Positions 27,992 through 37,722 of a stretch of 59,778 bases of DNA are shown in pieces (position 1 is the stretch's first letter; every line of letters begins with the position of its first letter). The stretch lies in the NCBI GenBank assembly GCA_030589165.1, contig JAUUWG010000001.1:1-59778 (forward strand). The letters are read 5' to 3'. The notes below the pieces were generated by a model. That model was given only the letters and a program-made list of their open reading frames with translations, had not been told where the DNA came from and ran no database searches. The DNA comes from Desulfobacterales bacterium (lineage in GTDB: Bacteria; Desulfobacterota; Desulfobacteria; Desulfobacterales; JAFDHS01). The position numbers and the translations under genes were made by a program.

Positions 27992-28143
27992 TCTCTTAAT
28001 TCTGAAATTTGTGCTTTTTATAGCAAAAAAAAACAATTCTTTCCGCCACCAAGACACAAAGACACGAAGAATATAATCTAAAAATATTACTTTGTGCCTT
28101 CGTGACTTTGTAGCAAATAACGTTGGTTCCGGTTTATCCGGTC
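27991..28143. repeat. second intergenic repeat family: 31-nt module shared with 49071-49101, a CTTCGTG/CTTTGTG inverted-repeat hairpin, and a CCGGTTTATCCGG motif
   Basis: GTCTCTTAATTCTGAAATTTGTGCTTTTTAT is identical at 27991-28021 and 49071-49101. ACAAAGACACGAAG..CTTTGTGCCTTCGTGACTTTGT is an inverted repeat. The CCGG motif is at 28129-28141. Confidence 0.8.
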
Positions 28144-28154
28144 AGGAATAAATC

Positions 28155-30017
28155 ATGAACATGGAAGATATAGACCGCCTTGTTGACAGCGGGATTCTTT
28201 CCTTTCTGGATATTCATTTTGCAAGGTTTATGGTAGAGCTTGACGGGATGGAGAGTCTCCAGGTTTTTCTTGCGGCTGCTCTGACAAGCAGTCATACAAG
28301 GCAGGGCAGTGTCTGTCTTGATCTTTGTGAAAAAGGGGGGGATACGCTTGGGGGCGGTAAAGATAAAGACGAACCGGTTGTCTGCCCTGATCCGGAAGAC
28401 TGGATCGGGAGCCTTGAAAAAAGCTCTGTTGTGGGCAAGCCCGGTGAATTCAAGCCCTTGGTTTTAGATGACAGATCAAGACTCTACCTGTACCGTTACT
28501 GGGAATATCAGGAAAAACTGGCTGATTTTATAACGGAACGCGTCCGTGAGGATGACGAGGATACGGATCTTGTTCTGTTGAAAAAAGGGCTGGACCGTCT
28601 TTTCCCCGTCTCTTCGGGAAAGGATGTCGACTGGCAGAAAGTTGCGGCTTTCACCTCCATAGTCAAAAGATTCTGTGTAATTTCCGGAGGCCCCGGAACA
28701 GGTAAAACCGCTACGGTTGCAAAAATTTTAGCCCTGGCTTTGGAACAGGCCGGCCCCAAAAAGCTTAAAACAGCGCTGGCAGCCCCTACCGGCAAGGCAG
28801 CCGCCAGACTTCAGGAATCCATCAGGCTTGCAAAATCACAACTTGATTGCCCGGATATCATCAAGGATGCCATACCCGAGGAGGCATCAACCATACATCG
28901 CCTTTTAGGGGCGGTTTCAGGCTCTCCGTATTTCAGGCATAATGCCGAAAACAGGCTTTTTGTCGACCTGGTGGTCGTCGACGAGGCCTCCATGGTGGAT
29001 TTGGCCCTGATGTCCAAACTCGTTCAGGCGCTTCCGACTCAGGCACGGCTGATATTACTTGGAGACAAGGACCAGCTCGCTTCGGTGGAGGCCGGCGCCG
29101 TACTCGGTGATATCTGTGATGCAGGCAAGGCCCATGGTTTTTCCCGTTGCTTTTCCAGGACCCTTAAAGCGGTTACCGGATATGCGCTGGGTCAACAAAC
29201 GAATGAGAAAGACGCGCCGGGTATTTATGACGGTATTGTTCAGCTTCAAAAGAGTTATCGCTTTGTAGAAAAAAGCGGCATCCGTGCCCTCAGCCGGGCG
29301 GTAAATGCAGGGGACGGGGATGGGGCTTTAGATCTTATAAAAAGTGGAAAATACAGGGATATTCAATGGAGAGATCTTCCCCCGCGCCATGGGCTTGCTC
29401 AACGGGCTAAAAATGCCGTTGCACAGGGTTTCGGGGGGTATTTAAGGGCTATCGATGATCCCTTGGAAATTTTCCGGCTGTTCGATCGGTTTCGTATTTT
29501 GTGTGCCCTCAGAGAAGGTCCCTATGGCTCGGTTGCCGTAAATCTTCTCGTTGAACGAATTCTGAAACATGAAAAGCTCATAGACCCTCGAAAAAAGTGG
29601 TATCCGGGTCGTCCGGTGCTTGTTACGAGGAATGACTATAAGCTGCGGCTCTTTAACGGTGATGTGGGGGTGGTATTGCCGGATCGTGATTCCGGTCCGG
29701 GCAATGATCTTCGGGTTTTTTTCCCCTCGGCTGAGGGCATGGTAAGAAAGTTTCACCCCTTAAGGTTATCTGAATATGAAACCGTATATGCCGTGACGGT
29801 TCACAAAAGCCAGGGATCGGAGTTTGAAAAAGTGCTTTTGCTTTTGCCGGACACGGATTCCCCGGTGATGACAAGGGAACTGATATACACGGCGATTACA
29901 CGCGCCAAGGACAGTGTCGAAATCTGGGGAGATAAGAATGTTTTTCGCACTGCCGTTTCCCGGCGCATTGAACGAACGTCCGGCTTGCGGGATGCCTTGT
30001 GGGGTGCAGTAAAATAG
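28155..30017 (+). CDS. recD: exodeoxyribonuclease V alpha subunit
   Basis: 620 aa. Motifs are ISGGPGTGKT, VVDEASMVD, the SH3-like VLVTRNDYKLRLFNGDVGV, and TVHKSQGSEF. Confidence 0.92.
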   Translation: MNMEDIDRLVDSGILSFLDIHFARFMVELDGMESLQVFLAAALTSSHTRQGSVCLDLCEKGGDTLGGGKDKDEPVVCPDPEDWIGSLEKSSVVGKPGEFKPLVLDDRSRLYLYRYWEYQEKLADFITERVREDDEDTDLVLLKKGLDRLFPVSSGKDVDWQKVAAFTSIVKRFCVISGGPGTGKTATVAKILALALEQAGPKKLKTALAAPTGKAAARLQESIRLAKSQLDCPDIIKDAIPEEASTIHRLLGAVSGSPYFRHNAENRLFVDLVVVDEASMVDLALMSKLVQALPTQARLILLGDKDQLASVEAGAVLGDICDAGKAHGFSRCFSRTLKAVTGYALGQQTNEKDAPGIYDGIVQLQKSYRFVEKSGIRALSRAVNAGDGDGALDLIKSGKYRDIQWRDLPPRHGLAQRAKNAVAQGFGGYLRAIDDPLEIFRLFDRFRILCALREGPYGSVAVNLLVERILKHEKLIDPRKKWYPGRPVLVTRNDYKLRLFNGDVGVVLPDRDSGPGNDLRVFFPSAEGMVRKFHPLRLSEYETVYAVTVHKSQGSEFEKVLLLLPDTDSPVMTRELIYTAITRAKDSVEIWGDKNVFRTAVSRRIERTSGLRDALWGAVK

Positions 30018-30077
30018 GCACTTTTCTATTCCGGTTTATCCGCGGGTTACGAATCTACAAAACAACAGGAGATAAGA

Positions 30078-31442
30078 ATGAATCGAATTAAAGCACTTTC
30101 GGTCCTTGACGGAAGGTATGCACGACTTACGGAAGAACTCCAGGATATATTTTCAGAATATGCGCTGATAAAATACAGGGTTTTTGTGGAGATTCAATGG
30201 CTCAAATTTCTGGCCGGGGAACTTGGGCTTGTTGAGGTTAAGGACTCGGATATGCCAAAGATAGATGCCATTGCCAAAGACTTTAATGCAGAGTCGGCCC
30301 TCATGGTCAAGGAGATAGAAAAAACAACCAACCATGATGTCAAAGCTGTTGAGTACTATATCAAGCGCAAACTTGCAGAGGCGGGTCTGGCATCCATCGG
30401 GGAATGGGTCCATTTTGCATGCACCTCGGAGGATATCAGTAATACGTCTTACGCACTGATGCTGAAAAAGGGCAGAGAGAAGATCGTTGACCATCTTTCA
30501 GAACTTCTTGAAAAAATTGAAGAAATCGGAAAGCGATATAAATCCCTTCCCATGATGTCGAGAACACACGGACAGCCCGCTAGTCCGACAACGGTAGGCA
30601 AGGAATTTATCAATTTTGCGTGGAGAATAAGAAGAGAACTTTCCAGTATTAAAAAATCGGATATCTGTGCAAAGATGAACGGCGCGACCGGCAATTTTAA
30701 TGCACATTATTTTGTATTTCCGCATATTGACTGGCTGGAGGCCGGCAGAAAGTTTGTTTCGGAATACCTTGGTGTGACACCTGTCTTATATACAACCCAG
30801 ATCAATCCCGGCAATTATATCGCCGAACTGCTTCAGGCGATGATCCGGACCGCTTCCACCATTATTGACCTGGACAGGGATATGTGGGGATATATTTCAA
30901 TCGGTTATTTTAAGCAGAAATTAAAGGCAGGTGAAGTCGGCTCTTCAACCATGCCCCACAAGGTAAACCCGATCGATTTTGAAAACGGTGAAGGCAATAT
31001 GGGAATTGCGATTTCCGTGATGGAGCATCTTTCCGTAAAGCTTCTGAATTCAAGATTCCAGAGAGACTTGTCAGACAGTACGGTACTCAGAAATATAGGG
31101 GCGCTTTTCGGCTATTTTCTGATCGGGGTAAAAAACACGTTAAAAGGCTTGAATAAGCTTGATCTTGATCAGGAAATGCTTGAAAAAGACATCGAACAGA
31201 ATCCCGAACTGCTTGCAGAGCCCATACAGACGGCGATGAGGGTCTTTCAGGAAGAGAATCCCTATGAAAAATTAAAAGAACTTACACGCGGCAAAAAGAT
31301 TACCAGAGAGACATTGGATACCTTTATCGACGGCCTTGAAAAAGTGCCTTCCGATTTTAAAAAAAGGATGAAAGAGTTGACCGTGGATAAGTATGTCGGA
31401 CTTGCGGAAAAACTTGTGGACAGGTATTTTTCCGAAATATAA
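30078..31442 (+). CDS. purB: adenylosuccinate lyase
   Basis: 454 aa. The fumarate-lyase signature GSSTMPHKVNP is present, along with SRTHGQPASPTT. Confidence 0.93.
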   Translation: MNRIKALSVLDGRYARLTEELQDIFSEYALIKYRVFVEIQWLKFLAGELGLVEVKDSDMPKIDAIAKDFNAESALMVKEIEKTTNHDVKAVEYYIKRKLAEAGLASIGEWVHFACTSEDISNTSYALMLKKGREKIVDHLSELLEKIEEIGKRYKSLPMMSRTHGQPASPTTVGKEFINFAWRIRRELSSIKKSDICAKMNGATGNFNAHYFVFPHIDWLEAGRKFVSEYLGVTPVLYTTQINPGNYIAELLQAMIRTASTIIDLDRDMWGYISIGYFKQKLKAGEVGSSTMPHKVNPIDFENGEGNMGIAISVMEHLSVKLLNSRFQRDLSDSTVLRNIGALFGYFLIGVKNTLKGLNKLDLDQEMLEKDIEQNPELLAEPIQTAMRVFQEENPYEKLKELTRGKKITRETLDTFIDGLEKVPSDFKKRMKELTVDKYVGLAEKLVDRYFSEI

Positions 31443-31450
31443 GGAGCATT

Positions 31451-33304
31451 ATGCAACTTTCAGCCCCACAAAAAGATGCTGTGGAACACATCGGATCGCC
31501 CGCTCTCGTTGTTGCCGGTGCGGGTTCCGGAAAAACACGGACCTTGACCGCTAAAATATCGCATCTCGTATCAAACGGTTATGATCCTGAACGTATTCTT
31601 GCCATTACGTTCACCAATAAAGCCGCAGAAGAGATGAAAAGACGTCTTGTTCATTTAACAGGCATGCCGATTAACAGGTTTCCATGGGTCCGGACGTATC
31701 ACAGCGCATGTTTCAAGATCCTGAAAGAGCATTGCAGCCTCTTGGGATACAAGATACCGCTTCAGATATATGCGACTTACCAGCAGCAAAAGACAATCAA
31801 GGAGATTCTTATGCGGCTGAATTTTGACAAAAAGGATGTGCCGGCTGTTTTATCGCATATTTCAAAAGCAAAAAACTCCGGAGATCCCGGAAAATATTTT
31901 GACCATAAAGCCCGTGTTTCACATATTCGCCTGTCCGATGTGTTTGATATTTACGAAAAAGAGCTGTTTTCAAAAAATGCCGTTGATTTTGACAATATTC
32001 TTTTAAAAACCCGAGACTTGCTTCGAGAGCACAAAGACCTTGGAAAGGATTACCAAGATTTTTTTCAGTATATCCTTGTGGATGAATACCAGGATTCCAA
32101 TAATCTCCAGGAAGAACTGACACGCTTGCTCCTTGGTGACGGCGGCAATCTTTTCTGCGTGGGGGACGACTGGCAGGCTGTTTACGGATTCCGGGGGAGC
32201 AACATAAACCATTTTTTGACCTTTTCGGAAAAGTACAGTGGTTCCCGGATCTTCCGTCTGGAACAGAATTATCGTTCCGCGGACGAAATTGTTCGGGTTG
32301 CAAACGATTTGATCGCATACAATGAGGACAAGATGGAGAAGGAATGCTTCTCCGAAAAACACGGCGGGGTGGTGGAACTCTATAACTTTTATGATGAAAC
32401 CGAGGAAGCCCAATGGGTTGCTCAAAAGATTAAATCATTACGGCAATCCGGTATCTCCTTAGACAAGATGGCGGTCTTATACCGGACAAAGTTCTGTTCA
32501 CTGGCGTTTGAAAAAGCCTTCCGGGCATCCAATATCAAATATCAGATGATGGGCTCCAAGGGGTTCTTTGAGCGCAAAGAGATCCTTGACATCAACTGCT
32601 ATCTTACGGCTGCCGTCTTTCCCAAAGACGATGTGGCTTTTGATCGTATCATCAATATTCCGAAAAGGGGGATCGGTCCGGCAATGATCAAAAAGATCGG
32701 CCAGGTCCGGACAGGCGATATGAGCCTTACGGATGCGGCGCGCAAGGTGCTGGCTGAAAGAATCCTGACGCCAAAGGTGCACAAATCTCTTACCTTGTTG
32801 ATTGAACTGCTTGACGACATTAAAAGTTACGCGCCTGACCATGCCATTCGTGAAATTTTAAAGCAGTGCAACTATCCGGAATATCTCAGGCAGTATTCAA
32901 AGACCGAATCCGATTACGTCTCCAGGCGGGAAAATATCGACCAGCTCATCTATTCAGCATCACAGAAAAAGACAATCATTGAATACCTCGAAGAAGCGGC
33001 TTTGATCAAGGAGGATAAGGAAGATGAAGAAGATGAAGACAACTTCGGGGTAAACCTTTCCACGATACATGCCAGTAAGGGTTTGGAATACCTCGTGGTC
33101 TTTATCACCGGATGTGAAGAACAACTCTTTCCGCATTGGAAATCAATAAATTCCGATAAGGCAATTCAGGAAGAACGAAGACTCATGTATGTGGGGTTGA
33201 CACGGGCCGAGCGCTATCTGTTTTTGACGTGTTCGGAATTTAGAAAGGGCCAGTACAATAAAAGAAGCCGGTTCGTGGAAGAGATTGCAGGAACACTGGA
33301 CTGA
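31451..33304 (+). CDS. UvrD/PcrA/Rep-family ATP-dependent DNA helicase
   Basis: 617 aa. Motifs are AGAGSGKTRTLT, VDEYQDSN, GDDWQAVYGFRGS, QNYRS, TIHASKGLEY and VGLTRAE. Confidence 0.88.
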   Translation: MQLSAPQKDAVEHIGSPALVVAGAGSGKTRTLTAKISHLVSNGYDPERILAITFTNKAAEEMKRRLVHLTGMPINRFPWVRTYHSACFKILKEHCSLLGYKIPLQIYATYQQQKTIKEILMRLNFDKKDVPAVLSHISKAKNSGDPGKYFDHKARVSHIRLSDVFDIYEKELFSKNAVDFDNILLKTRDLLREHKDLGKDYQDFFQYILVDEYQDSNNLQEELTRLLLGDGGNLFCVGDDWQAVYGFRGSNINHFLTFSEKYSGSRIFRLEQNYRSADEIVRVANDLIAYNEDKMEKECFSEKHGGVVELYNFYDETEEAQWVAQKIKSLRQSGISLDKMAVLYRTKFCSLAFEKAFRASNIKYQMMGSKGFFERKEILDINCYLTAAVFPKDDVAFDRIINIPKRGIGPAMIKKIGQVRTGDMSLTDAARKVLAERILTPKVHKSLTLLIELLDDIKSYAPDHAIREILKQCNYPEYLRQYSKTESDYVSRRENIDQLIYSASQKKTIIEYLEEAALIKEDKEDEEDEDNFGVNLSTIHASKGLEYLVVFITGCEEQLFPHWKSINSDKAIQEERRLMYVGLTRAERYLFLTCSEFRKGQYNKRSRFVEEIAGTLD

Positions 33305-33322
33305 CCAGGAGGGTGTTTAATT

Positions 33323-33973
33323 ATGGGAAACAAACGATCTGACGAGATTTCACCGGTAATGGCATCATACGAAGGGGTAATCCGAACTCCTCCGGATTAC
33401 TGGGATAAACTTAAAAACATGGACCCCCACGATGTCTGTAAACGTTCCCTTGCCCGGATTCATCCTTCAGGGGGATTTGTTCTTGGTTTTTTTCAGAAAG
33501 ATATCCGCGTTGATGTTGCGAATCGATGTATCAGGGAGTTAAAGCAGGACAAATGGGAAAAAATGGACATTCTGCTTCTGGATCTGCTCATCTTGGTTTA
33601 TCTTCTGAATGTGAGTTCCCGTTCCCTTGCCGATGATATGATAAGCGTCCAGGAACTTAAAGACGCGAGTTTTTTTCGTGGGCCCCATGAACTTAAAACA
33701 ACACCCCTTATAGTGCGTTACGGGAATGATTTTCCAGGGTTCAAAAGGGCCGCTGAGGATCTGGACGGAGAACGCCTTGACCTGGCGGACATCGCGTACA
33801 GGTTTTTGCCTTTTCCAAAAATCCCATTGTACTACCTGATGTGGGGAGGAGATGAAGAATTCGGTCCCAATCTTTCCATACTCTTTGATCGTTGCATTGA
33901 GAGCCATCTTTCGGCGGATGCGATCTGGGGGCTTGTTAATTTTACATCGGACCTTCTGCTGATGCATCCATAG
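33323..33973 (+). CDS. DUF3786-like protein
   Basis: 216 aa. The pattern YWDKL..DP..V.., a hydrophobic LLILVYLL segment and ELKDASFFRGPHEL resembles my recollection of DUF3786. This is not verified. Confidence 0.5.
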   Translation: MGNKRSDEISPVMASYEGVIRTPPDYWDKLKNMDPHDVCKRSLARIHPSGGFVLGFFQKDIRVDVANRCIRELKQDKWEKMDILLLDLLILVYLLNVSSRSLADDMISVQELKDASFFRGPHELKTTPLIVRYGNDFPGFKRAAEDLDGERLDLADIAYRFLPFPKIPLYYLMWGGDEEFGPNLSILFDRCIESHLSADAIWGLVNFTSDLLLMHP

Positions 33974-33978
33974 GATGG

Positions 33979-34024
33979 AAATCCCCCCTTGGCCCCTTTT
34001 CCTAAAGGGGATTCGGGGGGATTT
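33979..34024. terminator. G/C-run palindromic element between convergent genes (probable bidirectional terminator / REP-like unit)
   Basis: Nested inverted repeats AAATCCCCCCttggCCCCTTTtcctaAAGGGGattcGGGGGGATTT, followed by a T-rich run on the plus strand. Confidence 0.55.
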
Positions 34025-34039
34025 TCATTTTTATCAGTT

Positions 34040-35158
34040 CTACCGTGGTGCCCGATACCCCCCCTGAATGCCTTCGGGCGAGAGAACGATCTGCCATACC
34101 TGGTTCACCCTTGCGCGAAAGGTTCCGGCGCATACCAGCAGATAATACGTCCACATCCGGTAGAATCGTTCATCGTAGTTTTTCTTGATCTTATCCCAAT
34201 TCTCATGAAAATTTTTAAACCAGCTCATCAGGGTCTTATCATAATCGGCACCGAAATTATGCCAGTCTTCGAGAACGAAAAAATTTTCAGCGGCATCGCA
34301 TATCTGTTTTTTGGACGGCAGGATGGAATTGGGAAAGATGTAACGCTCGATCCAGGGATCGGTCTTGGAAACGGAGACATTGATACCGATGGTATGTAGA
34401 AGGAAAATTCCGTCTTTTTTCAAATAGCTGCGAACACAGCGCATAAAGGTCTCATAATTTTTGTAACCAACGTGTTCAAACATACCGATGGAAAGAATAC
34501 GGTCAAAGTCTCCCTTGATGCTTCGGTAATCCTGCAAACGGATGTCAACCGGAAGCCCCTGGCAAAGTTCTTGTCCGAACCTTGCCTGTTCTTTAGAAAT
34601 GGTTACGCCGACGATGTCGACATCGTAACGTTTAGCGATAAATCTGGCAGTTGCGCCCCAGCCGCAACCGATGTCCAGAACGCGCATCCCCGGCTTCAAG
34701 TCCAGCTTTCGGCATATCAGTTCCAGTTTGGCTTTCTGGGCCTCGTCCAGGGTAGATGCGTTTTTCCAGTAGCCGCAGCTGTAAACCAAGCGTTTGCCGA
34801 GCATGTTCTGATAAAGATTGTTGCCGATATCATAGTGCCGCTGCCCGACTTCAAAAGAGCGGGACGGTTTCTGGAGATTGAACAGCCTGGCTTTTAGAAA
34901 CCCGAAAAATTGCCTCCATGGTTTGACTTTTTCATCCAGTCTGGCTCGAAAAATTCTGTGAAAGAATTCGTCAGGCCTCTCACAGTCCCACCAGCCGTCC
35001 ATGTAAGATTCTCCAAATCCCAGCGAACCTTCGGCAAACAATCTTACATAAAGTTTATCGTTATGGACCTGAAGATCCCAGGGCCGGTCTCCGCTGATTT
35101 TAATATCGGCAAGGGACAAGAGTCGTTCTGTTTTGTGACGGAAATTATCTTGATGCAT
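34040..35158 (-). CDS. cfa: cyclopropane-fatty-acyl-phospholipid synthase
   Basis: 372 aa. CMAS-family motifs are HYDIGNNLY, the SAM-binding VLDIGCGWG, and SIGMFEHVG. Confidence 0.9.
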   Translation of the reverse strand: MHQDNFRHKTERLLSLADIKISGDRPWDLQVHNDKLYVRLFAEGSLGFGESYMDGWWDCERPDEFFHRIFRARLDEKVKPWRQFFGFLKARLFNLQKPSRSFEVGQRHYDIGNNLYQNMLGKRLVYSCGYWKNASTLDEAQKAKLELICRKLDLKPGMRVLDIGCGWGATARFIAKRYDVDIVGVTISKEQARFGQELCQGLPVDIRLQDYRSIKGDFDRILSIGMFEHVGYKNYETFMRCVRSYLKKDGIFLLHTIGINVSVSKTDPWIERYIFPNSILPSKKQICDAAENFFVLEDWHNFGADYDKTLMSWFKNFHENWDKIKKNYDERFYRMWTYYLLVCAGTFRARVNQVWQIVLSPEGIQGGYRAPR

Positions 35159-35216
35159 ATTCCCTCCCTTTGCTTGATTATTATGCTCTTTTGGGTGGTG
35201 CAGTGCAGCCGTTTGA

Positions 35217-35244
35217 ATAAAAAAGCAGAGCCGTTGCCGGCTCC
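35217..35244 (-). terminator. rho-independent terminator downstream of the Tad-associated lipoprotein genes
   Basis: The minus strand reads GAGCCGgcaaCGGCTCtgcTTTTTTATT: a 6-bp GC stem, a GCAA loop and a T-run. Confidence 0.6.
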
Positions 35245-35288
35245 GCCGTGAAACGGTATGGCATGATAATTATCCGGAACCTTTGTGT

Positions 35289-35846
35289 TTAATTGTCTCT
35301 CAACAAGATAGTCTGTGTTTTTAAATTCATGGGTATGCCCACATCACAAGAGGAGATTACCGTGCCGTCCAAGGGGTTTACAATACGGGAAGATACGTAT
35401 AATCTTTTGTTCCCCTGTCCATAGGTCCCTACGATAACGGCGGAGGCATTATGCTTCTTGATGACTTCACGCAGGTCCCGGCTGAGCAAAAATTCCCCCT
35501 TTCCCTTGTCCATAAAAACTGAATTTTGTCTTAATTTCATCTCGATAATTTTATAGCCCTTTTGAGCAAAGCGGGATGAAACCTGTTCCGCAACGATGCG
35601 CCCAAAAGTCGATGAATCCTCCAGGTCGTTAATATTTACAAAACTGGCAACGATTAGCGGATCATCCGGAGTAATTTCGTATTTTAGATTGTTTTCCAAA
35701 GTGTCGGCTATCTGATAACTGGCGGCCACAAGGCCTCCATCCGGAACAGCCTTGCCGGAATTTTGCAACGGCCGCGAACATGCCGCTATCGATACGACAA
35801 TACTTAAAGCAAATATAAGAACCAAGATACGCCTGGTCATCGTCAT
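35289..35846 (-). CDS. FlgO-like / TolB-N-like lipoprotein
   Basis: 185 aa. It has a signal peptide with lipobox SIAAC. The segment PLIVASFVNINDLEDSSTFGRIVAEQVSSRFAQKGY resembles the FlgO family as I recall it. Confidence 0.5.
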   Translation of the reverse strand: MTMTRRILVLIFALSIVVSIAACSRPLQNSGKAVPDGGLVAASYQIADTLENNLKYEITPDDPLIVASFVNINDLEDSSTFGRIVAEQVSSRFAQKGYKIIEMKLRQNSVFMDKGKGEFLLSRDLREVIKKHNASAVIVGTYGQGNKRLYVSSRIVNPLDGTVISSCDVGIPMNLKTQTILLRDN

Positions 35847-35856
35847 TCTCCTTTAC

Positions 35857-36573
35857 CTATTTATTAACAACGGTATAATTTACCGGTACCAAATCCGCTC
35901 CGGCCCGGTAATGCCGACGGTCTTCATCATTGATATAGTAGAGATCGGAACGGCGCACTAAAACAGAGTCATTCTTTTTGGCCGAGCAGGTAATAATGAT
36001 TTCCTCATGAGGCAGACTCCCCCATTCGGTTCCACCTAAAAAGGTTGCCATTACCAGGCCGCCGACGGCTTGCAGCAGGCTCGTCTGGTTGGTTCGTTTT
36101 GCCTGATGTTTAACTTCCTGAACCTTCCACTTGATTTTGACGTCGCTCTTTTCGTTAGAGGAGACCGACAGCCCATGATTTATTAACTCGGTGACAAGCA
36201 AGGTGCGAAAAGTCTTTCCGAAGACGGATTGGTCAGATGTTTGAACGTAAACCGGTTTTATGCCGATACCAAACAGGTCCTGGATCGTGTCCATAGACCC
36301 TTGAGTTGAGGTGGTCCCCTCGTTACCGGCTGGGGCTGTTTCGTGGCCGAAGTTTTCGAGATTTCCTGACTGCAGATCCGCTAATCCTGATAGCGCCTGA
36401 TTTTTCAACTCTGTCTTTACCTGCATTGCAAGACTTTTGGCCAGTTGCTTCCAATGATAAGAAGCCTGCATCTTCTGTTGATATGTGAAAGGGTAAGTGC
36501 TCTGTTTTGGTGCTTGAGCACAGGCGGATAAAAAAAACAACACGGATAAGACCAGGATTGTGCGCATACTCAC
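35857..36573 (-). CDS. lipoprotein of unknown function (238 aa)
   Basis: Signal peptide with lipobox FLSAC. The gene is tightly packed, 10 nt from the next gene in the same operon. Confidence 0.6.
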   Translation of the reverse strand: MSMRTILVLSVLFFLSACAQAPKQSTYPFTYQQKMQASYHWKQLAKSLAMQVKTELKNQALSGLADLQSGNLENFGHETAPAGNEGTTSTQGSMDTIQDLFGIGIKPVYVQTSDQSVFGKTFRTLLVTELINHGLSVSSNEKSDVKIKWKVQEVKHQAKRTNQTSLLQAVGGLVMATFLGGTEWGSLPHEEIIITCSAKKNDSVLVRRSDLYYINDEDRRHYRAGADLVPVNYTVVNK

Positions 36574-36616
36574 TCCTCCTATATGTTAATTTTTTAATTC
36601 AATTCATACTACGATC

Positions 36617-37702
36617 CTAACCGGCGGTGAATCGCTTATTAAACGGAATCATATCCCTGCCGATCAGCACCCTGATTTTGGTATTCGGCTGTCCAAGGTT
36701 TATGACTTTTTCCATGTCCTGATATCCGGGTATCTCTTTGGCTATATGATAGGCGTCATGGAGATAACCGCTGCAGTAATAGATTTTTGTTTTTGCATGG
36801 TTAAAATGATCTGCATTGTTTAGACATGTCTTGTTTTTAAATCCTTTTTTTCTTAAATAATTGTCTACTCTTTTTGCCATGCGGCGAACGCCGTTTCCGT
36901 TTGAAATTTCAATCTCCACGGATTCTTTATTCGTTTGTTCATCTTCAGGTTGAGGCATCCGGGTAATAGCTTCAGGTAGCTTCAAACTGTTTTTTGTCTT
37001 GCCAAGGGAAGGATTAATGGCCAAGGCTTTGACAAAGTGGGTTTTCGCCTGCTGATTCAGACCTTTTTGATAAAAAATTTGCGCCAGGTTATAGTGTGCT
37101 TTTGCCTCATCCCCGGCCCGCTTAAATTCAGCCAGGGCCTGATCAAATCGGCCTTTTTTTGCATAAGCCAGTCCAAGGTTGTTGTGATATCGTCTGCTTT
37201 TGTCATTCAGGGCAACCGCCTTGGAAAATGCGTCAATGGCGAAATCGATCTCTCCCTGAAGGAGGTGGGAATATCCCAGGTTGTTATGAACATAAGCCAG
37301 ATCCGGATTCAATTTAAGAGCCGCTTCATAAAACCTTACAGCCCTGGAATAATCTCCCAGCAGATCGCAGGAGACACCTATTCCGTTATAGGCCTTTACA
37401 TGGTCGGGATCGATGAGAACAACCTTTAAAAACTCTTCTACGGCTCTTTCATGTTTCTTTCTTTTCTGAAAATGGCACGCCAGCCGGTAGTGCGAATCCG
37501 GATTTCCCCGGTAAGGCCTGATGCCGGAAATAAATCGTTTCATTTCCTTTTTTGTAAAGCTGTTGGGATTTTTCCCGTGATTCAGAAAAGGGACCCAGCC
37601 ATACAAATTTTTCAATGAAGAACAACCCGTGAGACAAAAGAGAAGAAGGGTTCCTGAAAAAATCAGCAGGATTGCTTTGTTGATTTTACCGTTTTTATTC
37701 AT
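36617..37702 (-). CDS. TPR-repeat lipoprotein with a C-terminal LytR_C-like domain
   Basis: 361 aa with lipobox LTGCS. It has several TPR units (AYNGIGVS.., YVHNNLGYS.., YHNNLGLAY). The C-terminal VEIEISNGNGVRRMAKRV..KTKIYY resembles LytR_C. Confidence 0.65.
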   Translation of the reverse strand: MNKNGKINKAILLIFSGTLLLFCLTGCSSLKNLYGWVPFLNHGKNPNSFTKKEMKRFISGIRPYRGNPDSHYRLACHFQKRKKHERAVEEFLKVVLIDPDHVKAYNGIGVSCDLLGDYSRAVRFYEAALKLNPDLAYVHNNLGYSHLLQGEIDFAIDAFSKAVALNDKSRRYHNNLGLAYAKKGRFDQALAEFKRAGDEAKAHYNLAQIFYQKGLNQQAKTHFVKALAINPSLGKTKNSLKLPEAITRMPQPEDEQTNKESVEIEISNGNGVRRMAKRVDNYLRKKGFKNKTCLNNADHFNHAKTKIYYCSGYLHDAYHIAKEIPGYQDMEKVINLGQPNTKIRVLIGRDMIPFNKRFTAG

Positions 37703-37722
37703 TGTTTCACCTTGTTTACAGG

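Noticed and set aside
14573-30017. A functional link between the Hsp70 module and the adjacent recCBD operon, for example a combined defence or repair system
   Set aside because: The two units are divergently transcribed from a 246-bp AT-rich spacer. RecBCD is complete and canonical on its own. Nothing in the sequence ties them together beyond adjacency.
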